Part shown: one piece after another, positions 27,545 to 36,870 of the stretch
Layout: every line of letters begins with the position of its first letter
Position numbering within the stretch: the first letter of the stretch is position 1
Assembly: GCA_028866995.1 (NCBI GenBank)
Contig: JAGWHD010000001.1
Coordinates: forward strand, 256,183 to 320,182
Reading direction: 5' to 3'
Source of the DNA: Candidatus Micrarchaeota archaeon
GTDB lineage: Archaea > Micrarchaeota > Micrarchaeia > Micrarchaeales > CABMGC01
Length of the DNA stretch: 64,000 nt
Translations under genes and position numbers: made by a program
Notes under the pieces: model-generated
What the model was told of the DNA's origin: nothing
Database searches by the model: none
What the model saw: the letters and a program-made list of their open reading frames with translations, nothing else

Positions 27545-28051
27545 CTATTTGCCCTTGTGAATCTTATACTTTTCGTAGATGTGCAGCGCCTCGCCTATTA
27601 TCAGACCGGTAGAGAACGCGAGGAGCATGTTGACGAATACAGTGGCCAGGAACATGCCCGGAAGCACGATCTCTATCGCGAACCTTGCGATGAACGCGGC
27701 CATCCATGCAATGAGTATGTACGGGGCGCGCTTGTAATGCGTCCTGCCCTCCTTCTCGAAGAACTCTGCGCCGCTGGCATATCTCATGCCTAACAGAAGT
27801 CCAACGACCAATGACACTGCTGCTCCTGCGACTATCTCAAGAAGGTAAGGACTTGCATAGTAAGATGCAAAAGACACGAGCATAAGTATGGTGTAGACCG
27901 CAGGCAGCCTCGCAAGGGTGAACATGCTGAACTTCGTGCCCTTCATGCTCCTGTATATCCTCAATGTCAGTATAACAGCCACTACAATAAGTACTACGTA
28001 GACTGATGGGCCGCTCAGCTGCGATGCCGGATATGCCTGTAGGAGCTGCAT
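27545..28051 (-). CDS. CcdC/DUF1453-like membrane protein
   Basis: Five to six TM segments and a similar length and pattern. Confidence 0.5.
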   Translation of the reverse strand: MQLLQAYPASQLSGPSVYVVLIVVAVILTLRIYRSMKGTKFSMFTLARLPAVYTILMLVSFASYYASPYLLEIVAGAAVSLVVGLLLGMRYASGAEFFEKEGRTHYKRAPYILIAWMAAFIARFAIEIVLPGMFLATVFVNMLLAFSTGLIIGEALHIYEKYKIHKGK

Positions 28052-28098
28052 GATATGGATACTGTTGCTCTGTTATTATAATCCTGGCACTTTCCGCT

Positions 28099-28632
28099 TT
28101 ATAGCCTGCGATACATCATGATGATTGTCTGCTTCTTCCCTTTCCTCACGACCCCTTCAGGCAGTCTGCCATAGGTCTTGAACCCCATCCGCTTATAGAG
28201 CTTGAAGGCGCGAGGATTGAGGCTCCACACGCCAAGCGCCATGATCTTGTACCTCTTCCTTGCCCTCTGTATCGAATGACGTATGAGCGCGGTTCCTATC
28301 CCCATGGACCTGTATCCTCTTCTTACAGATATGCCAAGCTGCCCTACGTGCGAGCTTTCTGCATTCGGATACTTCGGGGATATGTCGCATGTGCCGACAA
28401 CTCTGCCGTTGACCTCTGCAACCGAGAATATCCTGGATCCTTTCCCTACTCCTTTCATCATCTCGTTGAACCACTTCCTCTCATGCTCCATCGTCGGTTT
28501 TTTCTTGTACAGCCCCACCCCCATGTCAGGGTTTGTCTTAACCTCATCGTATCTTTCGTAATAGCAGGATATGATGTCTTTCATATCGCTCCTTCTGATT
28601 CCCCTTATCTTGAATTCTTCCTTGACGTCCAT
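28099..28632 (-). CDS. GNAT acetyltransferase (start uncertain)
   Basis: LGISVRRGYRSMGIGTAL, NPRAFKLYKRMGF. Confidence 0.9.
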   Translation of the reverse strand: MDVKEEFKIRGIRRSDMKDIISCYYERYDEVKTNPDMGVGLYKKKPTMEHERKWFNEMMKGVGKGSRIFSVAEVNGRVVGTCDISPKYPNAESSHVGQLGISVRRGYRSMGIGTALIRHSIQRARKRYKIMALGVWSLNPRAFKLYKRMGFKTYGRLPEGVVRKGKKQTIIMMYRRL

Positions 28633-28686
28633 GTTCATCCTAATTGGCACTGCGGATTTATAAGATAAAGGAGATATCTTCAGTTG

Positions 28687-29790
28687 ATGGATTCTGATGA
28701 GATAGCAGACATGAGGCTGCTAAGCCAAGGGATAACTTCGGAGACGTCTGCAAGGCCCGAGGATGTTGTCTCTAGGATGGGAGCCATGCAGGCGCAGGAT
28801 TACGATGCAGCAATGTGGGCGATAGGCCTAAGGTGCAGAGGGGGAGTCACGAAGGCGGATGTTGAATCTGCCATAGACAAGAGAAGGATAGCGAGGACGT
28901 GGCTTATGAGGGGCACGCTGCACTTCGCCCATTCGAACGACATCGGGTGGATGCTGAAGCTCTTCGCGCCCAGGCTGATAAGGACCGCGATGCTGCGCGA
29001 TGCGCATCTCGGGCTCTCCGATAAGGTTATTGACAGGACAATGGCGCTTTTCGAGAAGGCGCTGAAGGGAGGGAGGCAGCTCTCGAGGAAGGAGATGTAC
29101 GGGGTGATGAGGAAAGGCAATGTGCCTACGGCAAACAACCTCGGCTACCACATGCTCTACAGAGCAGCATGGGACGGGCTGATATGCTTCGGGCTGCACG
29201 ATGGGAAGCAGCCAACGTTTGCGCTGATGGACGAGTGGCTGCCCAAGCAGAAGGGGATGGAGAGGGATGATGCGTTGAAGGAGCTGGCAAGGAGGTATTT
29301 CTCAAGCCACGGCCCGGCTACAGTGAAGGATTACGTGTGGTGGTCAGGCCTCAAGGTCTCCGAGGCAATGGAAGGCATTGGAAAAGCCTCGGGCGACATC
29401 AAGACAGAGGAGGTGAAAGGAGTCACATATTACTTTCCAAAAAAGATGCCAAGGCAGAATGGAAACACGCGCAATGCGCACCTCCTTCCTGCCTTCGACG
29501 AGTACCTGGTTTCTTATAGCGACAGGTCAGCGATGCTCGACAGCAGGAAAACCCAGGAATGGCTGCGCAGCGGCAAGATGGCCGTTATCCACAGCAACGG
29601 GATATTCACGCCAGTGATAGTCATAGATGGGAAGGTGGTCGGAGCATGGAAGAGGAGCAAGGAGAAGAAAGGCATTTCTGTGAGGCTGGTACCGTTCGGC
29701 AGGATCTCGAAGGAGCACATGGCCCAGATCAAGGACGCTGTCGAGGATTATGGCAGGTTCTTCGGGACTGAAGCAATGCTCAAGGCCTGA
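28687..29790 (+). CDS. AlkZ/HTH_42-family DNA glycosylase
   Basis: MQAQD catalytic motif, RTWLMRGTLH, YFSSHGPAT..D..WWSG, LLPAFDEYL. Confidence 0.9.
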   Translation: MDSDEIADMRLLSQGITSETSARPEDVVSRMGAMQAQDYDAAMWAIGLRCRGGVTKADVESAIDKRRIARTWLMRGTLHFAHSNDIGWMLKLFAPRLIRTAMLRDAHLGLSDKVIDRTMALFEKALKGGRQLSRKEMYGVMRKGNVPTANNLGYHMLYRAAWDGLICFGLHDGKQPTFALMDEWLPKQKGMERDDALKELARRYFSSHGPATVKDYVWWSGLKVSEAMEGIGKASGDIKTEEVKGVTYYFPKKMPRQNGNTRNAHLLPAFDEYLVSYSDRSAMLDSRKTQEWLRSGKMAVIHSNGIFTPVIVIDGKVVGAWKRSKEKKGISVRLVPFGRISKEHMAQIKDAVEDYGRFFGTEAMLKA

Positions 29791-30208
29791 ATCCCTGCTC
29801 CAGCAGCCTTTGCACAGGGACGAAAAGCGGTTTTGGCAGCCTCTTCCATTCGAACCATCCGATGGCCTCGCATTTGTCCGGCTCCATTATCCTGGGAGTG
29901 CCGGACTTTATCCTGCAGGTGAAGAAAAGTGTTATTGAATGCCTGCCCTCTTTCCTGAATATGTTGTTGGTTACTGATGCGAAGCGGAGGCCCTTCACCT
30001 TTATCCCGACCTCCTCTTCCAGCTCCCTTTTCACTGCATCCTCGAACTCCTCGCCGTATTCGAGCCTGCCTCCAGGAGGGGCCCAGGTCCCTCCGCCATG
30101 GTTGCCTTTCCTCCTGCACAGCAGGACCTTCCCATTCTTGATGACGATCCCTGCGACGCCGATGAAAGGAACGTTCTCTTTTGATATTTTGGTATTGTGT
30201 TTATTCAC
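29780..30208 (-). CDS. Nudix hydrolase (NUDT15/MTH2-like)
   Basis: GTWAPPGGRLEYGEEFEDAVKRELEEEVG, MEPDKCE..WF.W. Confidence 0.9.
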   Translation of the reverse strand: MNKHNTKISKENVPFIGVAGIVIKNGKVLLCRRKGNHGGGTWAPPGGRLEYGEEFEDAVKRELEEEVGIKVKGLRFASVTNNIFRKEGRHSITLFFTCRIKSGTPRIMEPDKCEAIGWFEWKRLPKPLFVPVQRLLEQGFRP

Positions 30209-30212
30209 AGTA

Positions 30213-30791
30213 TCATTTTTTGTATTCGTAAAGTGATATGACTACTCCGAAAGTGAGGTATATGGAGAAAATTGCGTAGTTTGTAAGGTACTGCGCCATA
30301 AATAACGGGCCGCTATTAGCATATCCAAGAAATTCAAGACTGATTAGTGAGAATGATATCGCCAAGAATAAAAGAAGATAAAACGGGGTCATAATCGATC
30401 TTACTCCTTGCTTTGATTTAATCGTAAAAAGGTTGCTACTCAGGGCAATTACGATGCTTGCAGCTATAATAAGCACCGAGTCTATTTGGGATAAGATATT
30501 TTGATCTATAGCAATCTTTGTGCCATAGGTTATAGCGGATACGGGAGCCGCCACAGTAAGTAACATTAAAGCCACAGAAAGTTCGAGATTTTTTGTAAGT
30601 ATGCCATACATATCTTTAGGATGTTTATTCCTCCACCATAATACAAAGAAAATCAATGTAAGCAAAATTAATACAAGTGAGACTGTCTTGTATAGTATAT
30701 TCATTGGTTGATTGGAAAGCATAGCTACAATGGTCGTACCTACAAAACCTACCAATGCAATAATTATCCATAGAGTTTCTTTTCGGACCAT
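30213..30791 (-). CDS. Hypothetical multi-TM protein (AT-rich islet)
   Basis: About six hydrophobic segments; atypical AT-rich codon usage. Confidence 0.65.
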   Translation of the reverse strand: MVRKETLWIIIALVGFVGTTIVAMLSNQPMNILYKTVSLVLILLTLIFFVLWWRNKHPKDMYGILTKNLELSVALMLLTVAAPVSAITYGTKIAIDQNILSQIDSVLIIAASIVIALSSNLFTIKSKQGVRSIMTPFYLLLFLAISFSLISLEFLGYANSGPLFMAQYLTNYAIFSIYLTFGVVISLYEYKK

Positions 30792-30978
30792 GATATAGGA
30801 TAGGTAGCATAATTATAAATGATTTAATATTTGCAATTTCTTGATGGGAAGATAAGTAGTATGATGATTTGGGTTGGCACTTTTTCAAGGCTTAATAAAA
30901 TCAAATTGGTTAGTTAAATCATCGTAGAAAGGGAAGGAATAAGAGGATTTCATCTGAAATACCTATGGGGTAGTGTTT

Positions 30979-31122
30979 ATGAGTAGACAAGAAAAGAATT
31001 GGGCAGGATTTCTCTTGATAGTTGCTGGACTCGTGATGATTACATTTAACCAGAATAATATAATAAATGAAATGCTTGGATTCGGAATTCTGGGTGTCGG
31101 AGTAATAATGATATTATCCTAG
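30979..31122 (+). CDS. Small 47-aa two-TM protein (AT-rich islet; not in ORF track)
   Basis: MSRQEKNWAGFLLIVAGLVMITFNQNNIINEMLGFGILGVGVIMILS, preceded by GGGGT. Confidence 0.55.
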   Translation: MSRQEKNWAGFLLIVAGLVMITFNQNNIINEMLGFGILGVGVIMILS

Positions 31123-31129
31123 TGATAAA

Positions 31130-31903
31130 TTGAATAAAGATTTAGCAAAAATACAGAATGAACAGCTTGTTGGCTTTCTACAAGCAAAGCTTGCATTAGT
31201 CATAGGTGTTATTCTAATCTTCTTAACGTTTATAGATAAATTTAACGTAAAAATAGAGATGGACGGAATACCTATAACGCTAAACAACATCGTAGCTGTA
31301 GGTTTTATCCTTATGGCCTTCATCTACATAGATGCCGATAATAAGGCGTATTCAATTTTGTATTTCTTTGGTTACAGAGAGAGAAAGTCTCGAACTATTG
31401 AAGGAATTAAAAAGGCTTTAAAGGAGGTATGGAAAAAGTATATTATGTCAGATAGGAGATCGTCTAACAGAAGAGAGAACTTATATATAACGGATTTTGG
31501 ACACGAAGTAAATTTTGTCCAAATCCTTGTGATAGTATCTACACTTCTTGTTGCTCTGAAAAACCCGTTTGAAACCAATACCTTCACATTTGTATCGAAT
31601 ACATTTTTCATAGGTTTTGTTGTCTTAATTATAGCATACTATTTCATGTTAGATTTTGGATTTAATAGGAAAAGTAGAAGCTTCCTGTTGATAACGTTCT
31701 TAGCTGCTGTGTGTTTTGCAGCTACTATAGGGTTAGAAATAGGTGTAGGCATAACCATAACTTCAGGCGCTCCGATAGCCAGCATATACGCTGATGCATA
31801 TATAATCATTGTAGCGGTTGTGGTCTTCTTGGTACTTACGAAACCTATTTCCATAGAGTGGATAAGAGCAATTAGGAGAAGACTTGGGGTTGCGGGGATT
31901 TGA
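31130..31903 (+). CDS. Hypothetical multi-TM protein (AT-rich islet), overlapping the tRNA-Trp 3' end
   Basis: About six TM segments; last 19 nt are antisense to tRNA-Trp. Confidence 0.65.
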   Translation: MNKDLAKIQNEQLVGFLQAKLALVIGVILIFLTFIDKFNVKIEMDGIPITLNNIVAVGFILMAFIYIDADNKAYSILYFFGYRERKSRTIEGIKKALKEVWKKYIMSDRRSSNRRENLYITDFGHEVNFVQILVIVSTLLVALKNPFETNTFTFVSNTFFIGFVVLIIAYYFMLDFGFNRKSRSFLLITFLAAVCFAATIGLEIGVGITITSGAPIASIYADAYIIIVAVVVFLVLTKPISIEWIRAIRRRLGVAGI

Positions 31904-32025
31904 ACCCCGACTCGCAGGTTACTTCATATTTATTTTGCAATTCCAGATCCTAATCATCGCACAATGTGCTCAATTCTAGATAAACATCTGGAGCCTGCTG
32001 CGCTGCCAAGTTACGCGACAACCCC
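31885..32025 (-). tRNA. tRNA-Trp(CCA) with 68-nt intron at 37/38 (31920-31987)
   Basis: Acceptor GGGGTTG/CAACCCC, anticodon stem GCAGG/CCTGC with CTCCAG, T-loop TTCAAAT. Confidence 0.93.
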
Positions 32026-32088
32026 TTGGTGCTACATTATCTGAACGCTTATTTTTATAGCTTCAGTATAATCTGATAGTGTCTTAAT

Positions 32089-32937
32089 ATGTCCATGCTC
32101 AGCAGGCTCGGCGTCGTCTTTGCAAGGCAATGGATCGCAGGCACGAGCATTGCAGATGTGATAGAAAGATCCAAGGAGATAAACGGCAATCGGGAGAAGG
32201 TTCTGGTAAACTACCTTGGTGAGGACATAACGGACAGGAGGGCGATAGGCCTGGAGATGGAGAAATACAGGGAGCTTATCGACGCCATGCACAGGAACAG
32301 GATACGCGGCGCGATATCCGTGAAACCGACACAGCTTGGATTGGCCCTCAGCGGGGAACTCTTCGAGAATGAGCTGGATAGCCTTGCGGACTACGCCTCG
32401 AAGAAAAGGATGTTCATATGGCTCGACATGGAGGGCTACGATACGGTCGGCAAGACGATTAATGGTTACCTGAAGGTCTTCGGGAGGAGAAGGAACATAG
32501 GCATCTGCATCCAGGCAAAGCTGAGGAGGAGCTATGGCGACATCAAGATGCTGGTCGGGAAGGGAGCCGCGATAAGGCTGGTCAAGGGAGCCTACAGGTA
32601 TTCCGGGGAGGTCGCCTACAGGGACGGCGCCAGGATAGACGCGAACTACATGAGATGCGCAGAATACCTTTTCAGGAAGTCAGGCAACTTCATGATAGCC
32701 ACGCATGACGACAGGATAATAGAGCGCTGCAGGGGATTCGAGAAAAGGAAAAGGAGGAGGATGTCGTTCGCGATGCTGAACGGAATAAGGGGCAAACTCG
32801 CGAAGGAGCTTGCCCAAGCGGGCGAAGAGGTCTACATATACCTTCCTTTCGGCGATGACTGGTTCTGGTACTCGGTAAGGAGGCTTGGCGAGGAGGGGCA
32901 TGCCCTCCTTCTCCTAAGGTCCGTATTCCAGGGTTGA
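32089..32937 (+). CDS. Monofunctional proline dehydrogenase
   Basis: NYLGE, ISVKPTQLG, WLDME, RLVKGAY, IATHD, YLPFG...RRL.E. Confidence 0.92.
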   Translation: MSMLSRLGVVFARQWIAGTSIADVIERSKEINGNREKVLVNYLGEDITDRRAIGLEMEKYRELIDAMHRNRIRGAISVKPTQLGLALSGELFENELDSLADYASKKRMFIWLDMEGYDTVGKTINGYLKVFGRRRNIGICIQAKLRRSYGDIKMLVGKGAAIRLVKGAYRYSGEVAYRDGARIDANYMRCAEYLFRKSGNFMIATHDDRIIERCRGFEKRKRRRMSFAMLNGIRGKLAKELAQAGEEVYIYLPFGDDWFWYSVRRLGEEGHALLLLRSVFQG

Positions 32938-32941
32938 TCGC

Positions 32942-33553
32942 ATGATAAAGGGGATAATCTTCGACATTGGAGGGGTCATAGTCAGGTGGGACAACAGGAC
33001 CTATTACAGTTACTTGGGGAGGGTGAGCGGGATCCCTGCAAACAAGGTCGGGAAGATAGTCGATGGGATAAGCGTAAGGCACGGTTTCGAGAGCGGCAAG
33101 ATGACGGTGTCGGGATTCGAGGGCCTTCTGGCGAAGAGGTTCGGGATAAGCAAAAGGAAGGTGAAGTGGTTCCACTACTACAAGACCAAGATGAGGGTGG
33201 ACAGGAGGGTAATCGCCGTGGCCAGGGAGCTGCACAAGAGCCATGTGACGGCTTATCTCAGCAACATAGACAAGATGAGGCACAGCTACACGAGGCATGT
33301 AATGGACACCAAGGTCTTCGACTACGCATTCGCGTCGTTCGCGATAGGCTGCATCAAGCCAAACATCAGGATATACAGATATGCAGTAAGGAAGATGGGG
33401 ATGAAGCCCGACGAGCTGCTATTCATAGACAACATGAGGGAGAACGTTGCAGGAGCGAGGAAGGCTGGGCTCAGGTCCTTCCAGTTCACAGGAATCGCGA
33501 ACCTGAGGAGGAGGCTGCAGAGGATGGGTCTCCTGGGTTCAAAATATAAATGA
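32942..33553 (+). CDS. HAD-superfamily phosphatase (YihX-like)
   Basis: IIFDIGGV, LSN, KP...Y, FIDN...NV..A. Confidence 0.9.
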   Translation: MIKGIIFDIGGVIVRWDNRTYYSYLGRVSGIPANKVGKIVDGISVRHGFESGKMTVSGFEGLLAKRFGISKRKVKWFHYYKTKMRVDRRVIAVARELHKSHVTAYLSNIDKMRHSYTRHVMDTKVFDYAFASFAIGCIKPNIRIYRYAVRKMGMKPDELLFIDNMRENVAGARKAGLRSFQFTGIANLRRRLQRMGLLGSKYK

Positions 33554-33582
33554 ATACGGCAATATAGCTTAGGTGCTTCCCT

Positions 33583-35031
33583 TTGGACAAGAAGGACGAG
33601 AACGAGTACATAACCGTAAAGAAGAGTGAGAACTTCTCCGAGTGGTACTCGCAGGTGATAATAAAATCCGGCTTTGTAGACCACAGCGAGGTCTCTGGCT
33701 GCCTCGTCTTCAGGCCCTCTGCATATGGCGCGTGGCAGATAGTCGTTGGGGCCATCGACAAATTGTTCCGCGAGGATGGCATAGAGAACGTATACTTCCC
33801 GTTGCTTATACCAGAGAAGTTCCTGAGGAAGGAGCAGGAGCACCTGGAAGGGTTCAGCCCTGAGGTTGCATGGGTGACGCAGACCGGAGACACGGAACTT
33901 GAGGAGAGGCTCGCCATAAGGCCGACATCAGAGACCATAATGTATGCAAGCTACTCGAAGTGGATAAGGTCATGGAGAGATCTTCCTATGCGCTACAACC
34001 AGTGGAACAACGTGCTGAGATGGGAATTCAAGCACCCAACGCCTTTCATAAGGAGCAGGGAGTTCCTCTGGAACGAGGGCCATACGGTATTCGCGACAGA
34101 GAAAGAGGCATACGCCGAAGGAGAGGTAATCCTTGGCATATACAACAAGGTGCTCTTGGAATATCTGGCTCTCCCGGGCATACCTGGGAAAAAGACAGAC
34201 AAGGAGAAGTTCGCGGGTGCGCTGGAGAGCCACAGCATAGAGCACATAATGCCTGATGGATGGGCGATACAGGGTCCGGACTGGCACTTCGACGGCCAGA
34301 ACTTCGCGAAGGCATTCGATATAAAGTTCTTGGACAAGGAGGGGAAGACGCAGTACGCATGGCAGAACACCTTCGCGATAAGCACTAGAGAGCTCGGTGT
34401 CATGGTATCGGTGCACGGGGATGACAAAGGCCTTGTCCTGCCTCCGAGGGTCGCGTACATCCAGGTCGTCATCGTGCCGATATACAAGAAGGACAACCAA
34501 GGCAAGGTCAATGAGTATGCTGAATCAGTATTCAAGAGGATAAGGAAGGAGTTCAGGGCAAGAATGGACCATAGGGACGGATACAGCCCTGGATTCAAGT
34601 TCAACGAGTGGGAGATGAAGGGAGTACCCATAAGGATTGAGATTGGCGAAAGGGACATGGCGAAGGATATGGCGGTGCTGGCGCTGAGGGACACCGGAGA
34701 GAAGAAGGAGGTCAAGGTAGAGGATATCGCAAAGACGCTGGCAGCAGAGCTCGATGCGATGCACGCAAGAATGCTTGCTAAGGCCGAGAAGTTCCTAAAG
34801 GACAACACGCACCATGCTGGCAGCTACGAAGAGCTGAAGAGGATTCTCAAGGAGAAGGGAGGGATAGTCGGCGCGCCGTGGTGCGGCTCAAGGAAGTGCG
34901 AGGACAAGGTAAAGGACGAGATAGGTGCGAAGATAACCAATATACCGTACCACCAGAAGAAAGAGGATAAGAAATGCGTGGTATGCGGTGAGAAGGCTGA
35001 TTCGCTGGCGAACTTCGCAAGATCATATTAG
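33583..35031 (+). CDS. proS: Proline--tRNA ligase (archaeal/eukaryotic type)
   Basis: IRPTSET, RSWRDLP, REFLWNEGHT, PGFKFNEWEMKGVPIRIE, FARSY. Confidence 0.97.
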   Translation: MDKKDENEYITVKKSENFSEWYSQVIIKSGFVDHSEVSGCLVFRPSAYGAWQIVVGAIDKLFREDGIENVYFPLLIPEKFLRKEQEHLEGFSPEVAWVTQTGDTELEERLAIRPTSETIMYASYSKWIRSWRDLPMRYNQWNNVLRWEFKHPTPFIRSREFLWNEGHTVFATEKEAYAEGEVILGIYNKVLLEYLALPGIPGKKTDKEKFAGALESHSIEHIMPDGWAIQGPDWHFDGQNFAKAFDIKFLDKEGKTQYAWQNTFAISTRELGVMVSVHGDDKGLVLPPRVAYIQVVIVPIYKKDNQGKVNEYAESVFKRIRKEFRARMDHRDGYSPGFKFNEWEMKGVPIRIEIGERDMAKDMAVLALRDTGEKKEVKVEDIAKTLAAELDAMHARMLAKAEKFLKDNTHHAGSYEELKRILKEKGGIVGAPWCGSRKCEDKVKDEIGAKITNIPYHQKKEDKKCVVCGEKADSLANFARSY

Positions 35032-35086
35032 TTTCAGAGACTCTCTTTCTCATCACTGGTCAGAAATACCTCATCTCATCATCAAC
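35031..35086 (-). ncRNA. Box C/D methylation guide sRNA
   Basis: Minus strand GTTG-ATGATGA(C)-GATGAGGTATTT-CTGA(D')-CCA-GTGATGA(C')-GAAAGAGAGTCT-CTGA(D)-AAC: four consensus boxes and two 12-nt guides. Confidence 0.9.
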
Positions 35087-35146
35087 AGTATGCTAGACGG
35101 AGGCGCAGTATTTATTCCTATGCAGGGCCTATGATTAAGCGAGGCC

Positions 35147-35752
35147 ATGATACAGAACCATTTCACCACGCATGTCTGGAAGAAAGGCGAGATCAGGTGG
35201 ACCTTCAGCGTCTTTCCTGATGACAAGGTAAGGGACATGATAGCTTCCTACCAGAGGCATCTGGACAGGAAGGTCATCTTCGCGCCAATACCAAGGAAAT
35301 GGCTTCACATGACCATACTTTCGCTTGGAAATGTGGAGGAGATAACTAACGAGGAAGCAAGCAGGATAGCCGACAGGCTGCAAGGACCTTGCAGGAGGAT
35401 GAGGATGCCCAGGCTCACAGTTGGGCCGTGGTGGAGCTGGTCCGGAAGCCCTGAGATACAGGTAAGGCCGGAGCCACCTATCAGGGAGCTGTTCGGTGAG
35501 GTGATCAAAGCATCGAAAGCGGTCCTTGGTAGCAGGATGCCCATCCACAGCATGGCGTTCATACCGCACATATCCATGGCATATTCAAGGGACTACTACA
35601 AGACACAGCTGGTCGACAGAGAGCTTGAAAGGCTGAGGATAAAGGATGTGGGATTCAGGGCCAGGAAGCTCTCGCTGGTAAGGCAGGCGCAGACGCCCCC
35701 GTATTACCAATGGAGGGAGTACGAGGAGATAGAACTGGGCCAGGCTGATTGA
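35147..35752 (+). CDS. 2H phosphoesterase (2'-5' RNA ligase / ThpR-like)
   Basis: Two HxT/S motifs: WLHMTI and PHISM. Confidence 0.8.
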   Translation: MIQNHFTTHVWKKGEIRWTFSVFPDDKVRDMIASYQRHLDRKVIFAPIPRKWLHMTILSLGNVEEITNEEASRIADRLQGPCRRMRMPRLTVGPWWSWSGSPEIQVRPEPPIRELFGEVIKASKAVLGSRMPIHSMAFIPHISMAYSRDYYKTQLVDRELERLRIKDVGFRARKLSLVRQAQTPPYYQWREYEEIELGQAD

Positions 35753-36040
35753 GTATTAATTGGAAGGAAATGCAAGGGTTGGGATGGGTTGGGATAAATA
35801 GACCTTGCACACCGTTCCAAATATATTACTCAGCCTATATTTATATACCCTGTTTTTTGTGCAAATATTTGAGATTCCTTTGTTATTTTGTAACTAAAAT
35901 GATTACATTGACAGTCGAAATCGAATAGCAACAAAACCATCCGATAAGTGGAGGTTCCGACGGATTATGGTAAATTCGTCAATCAACTTATCGAAGATGC
36001 TCTTTAATATATGAAAAACTGGCTATTTGTTTTGGTACTT

Positions 36041-36733
36041 ATGAAAGGCAATACGAAGGCGGTTCCCCTTAGAGGGAACTTCGGTGAAATGGATAGGCAG
36101 ATTGTAGACACTTTGGCCAAGGCCTTAAGGCTTCGCTATGCAGACGTGAGACTGGAGGATGGCGCTCTGGTGCTATCTGGTGGCACGTCCGTGATTGACC
36201 CAGTAAGGATAACAAGTGCTAGAATAAAGCCGTTTTATGAAGAGTTTGAACGAAGGAAGAGGGCAATTTCTCGGATGCTACTGCCTCGAGAGTTCAAGGA
36301 TGAGAGGGAATACGATAACTATGTGATTAAACCTCTATTACGACCTTTGGCGGGCGATATCAGGAGACACCCTGAGCAGTATCATGCTGTTGAGGGGAGC
36401 ATATCCGCATTTGATGCCACCATGAAAGGGAGAGCTGTGGAGTTCATTAAAACGCCGGTCTATAGGATTGCGGACTCTTTTCTGGCAAGGCCATTGGCGG
36501 GAGTGGCGATCGGCGCGTCGATTGCAGTAGCCGGAGTTGTCAATGCTGCTGAGGGCGTGATGGTGAAGGACGTTGCTGTTTATGGAGGCCAAGCTGCAAT
36601 GCATGTAGAGCACTTCACGACTCAAGGAAACGTTGGGCTTGGATTGCTTGCTGCTGGGTTGGCCGGTTCTTTCCTTAGCGGATGGAGATTTATCTTCTAC
36701 AGCGATGATCCTGGCGTCAAGTTGGCTAAATGA
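36041..36733 (+). CDS. Hypothetical protein with two C-terminal TM helices (start 36011 or 36041)
   Basis: Long ORF with atypical codon usage, next to the tRNA-Gln 3' end. Confidence 0.6.
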   Translation: MKGNTKAVPLRGNFGEMDRQIVDTLAKALRLRYADVRLEDGALVLSGGTSVIDPVRITSARIKPFYEEFERRKRAISRMLLPREFKDEREYDNYVIKPLLRPLAGDIRRHPEQYHAVEGSISAFDATMKGRAVEFIKTPVYRIADSFLARPLAGVAIGASIAVAGVVNAAEGVMVKDVAVYGGQAAMHVEHFTTQGNVGLGLLAAGLAGSFLSGWRFIFYSDDPGVKLAK

Positions 36734-36758
36734 CATCGCCAACAGACAGAGTAGCTCA

Positions 36759-36831
36759 TAGTCCCGACCAGATTCGAACTGGTGTTCAGGGGTCCAAAGC
36801 CCCTTGTACTTGGCCACTATACGACGGGACT
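36759..36831 (-). tRNA. tRNA-Gln(TTG)
   Basis: AGTCCCG/CGGGACT acceptor, AGGGG-CTTTGGA-CCCCT anticodon arm, TTCGAAT T-loop. Confidence 0.95.
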
Positions 36832-36870
36832 ACGGATAGCTATCCGCATAACAGCTATAAATAATAAGAC

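Noticed and set aside
30861-30957. ATGATGA possible C box in the AT-rich spacer
   Set aside because: No D'/C' boxes at proper spacing; expected by chance in AT-rich DNA.
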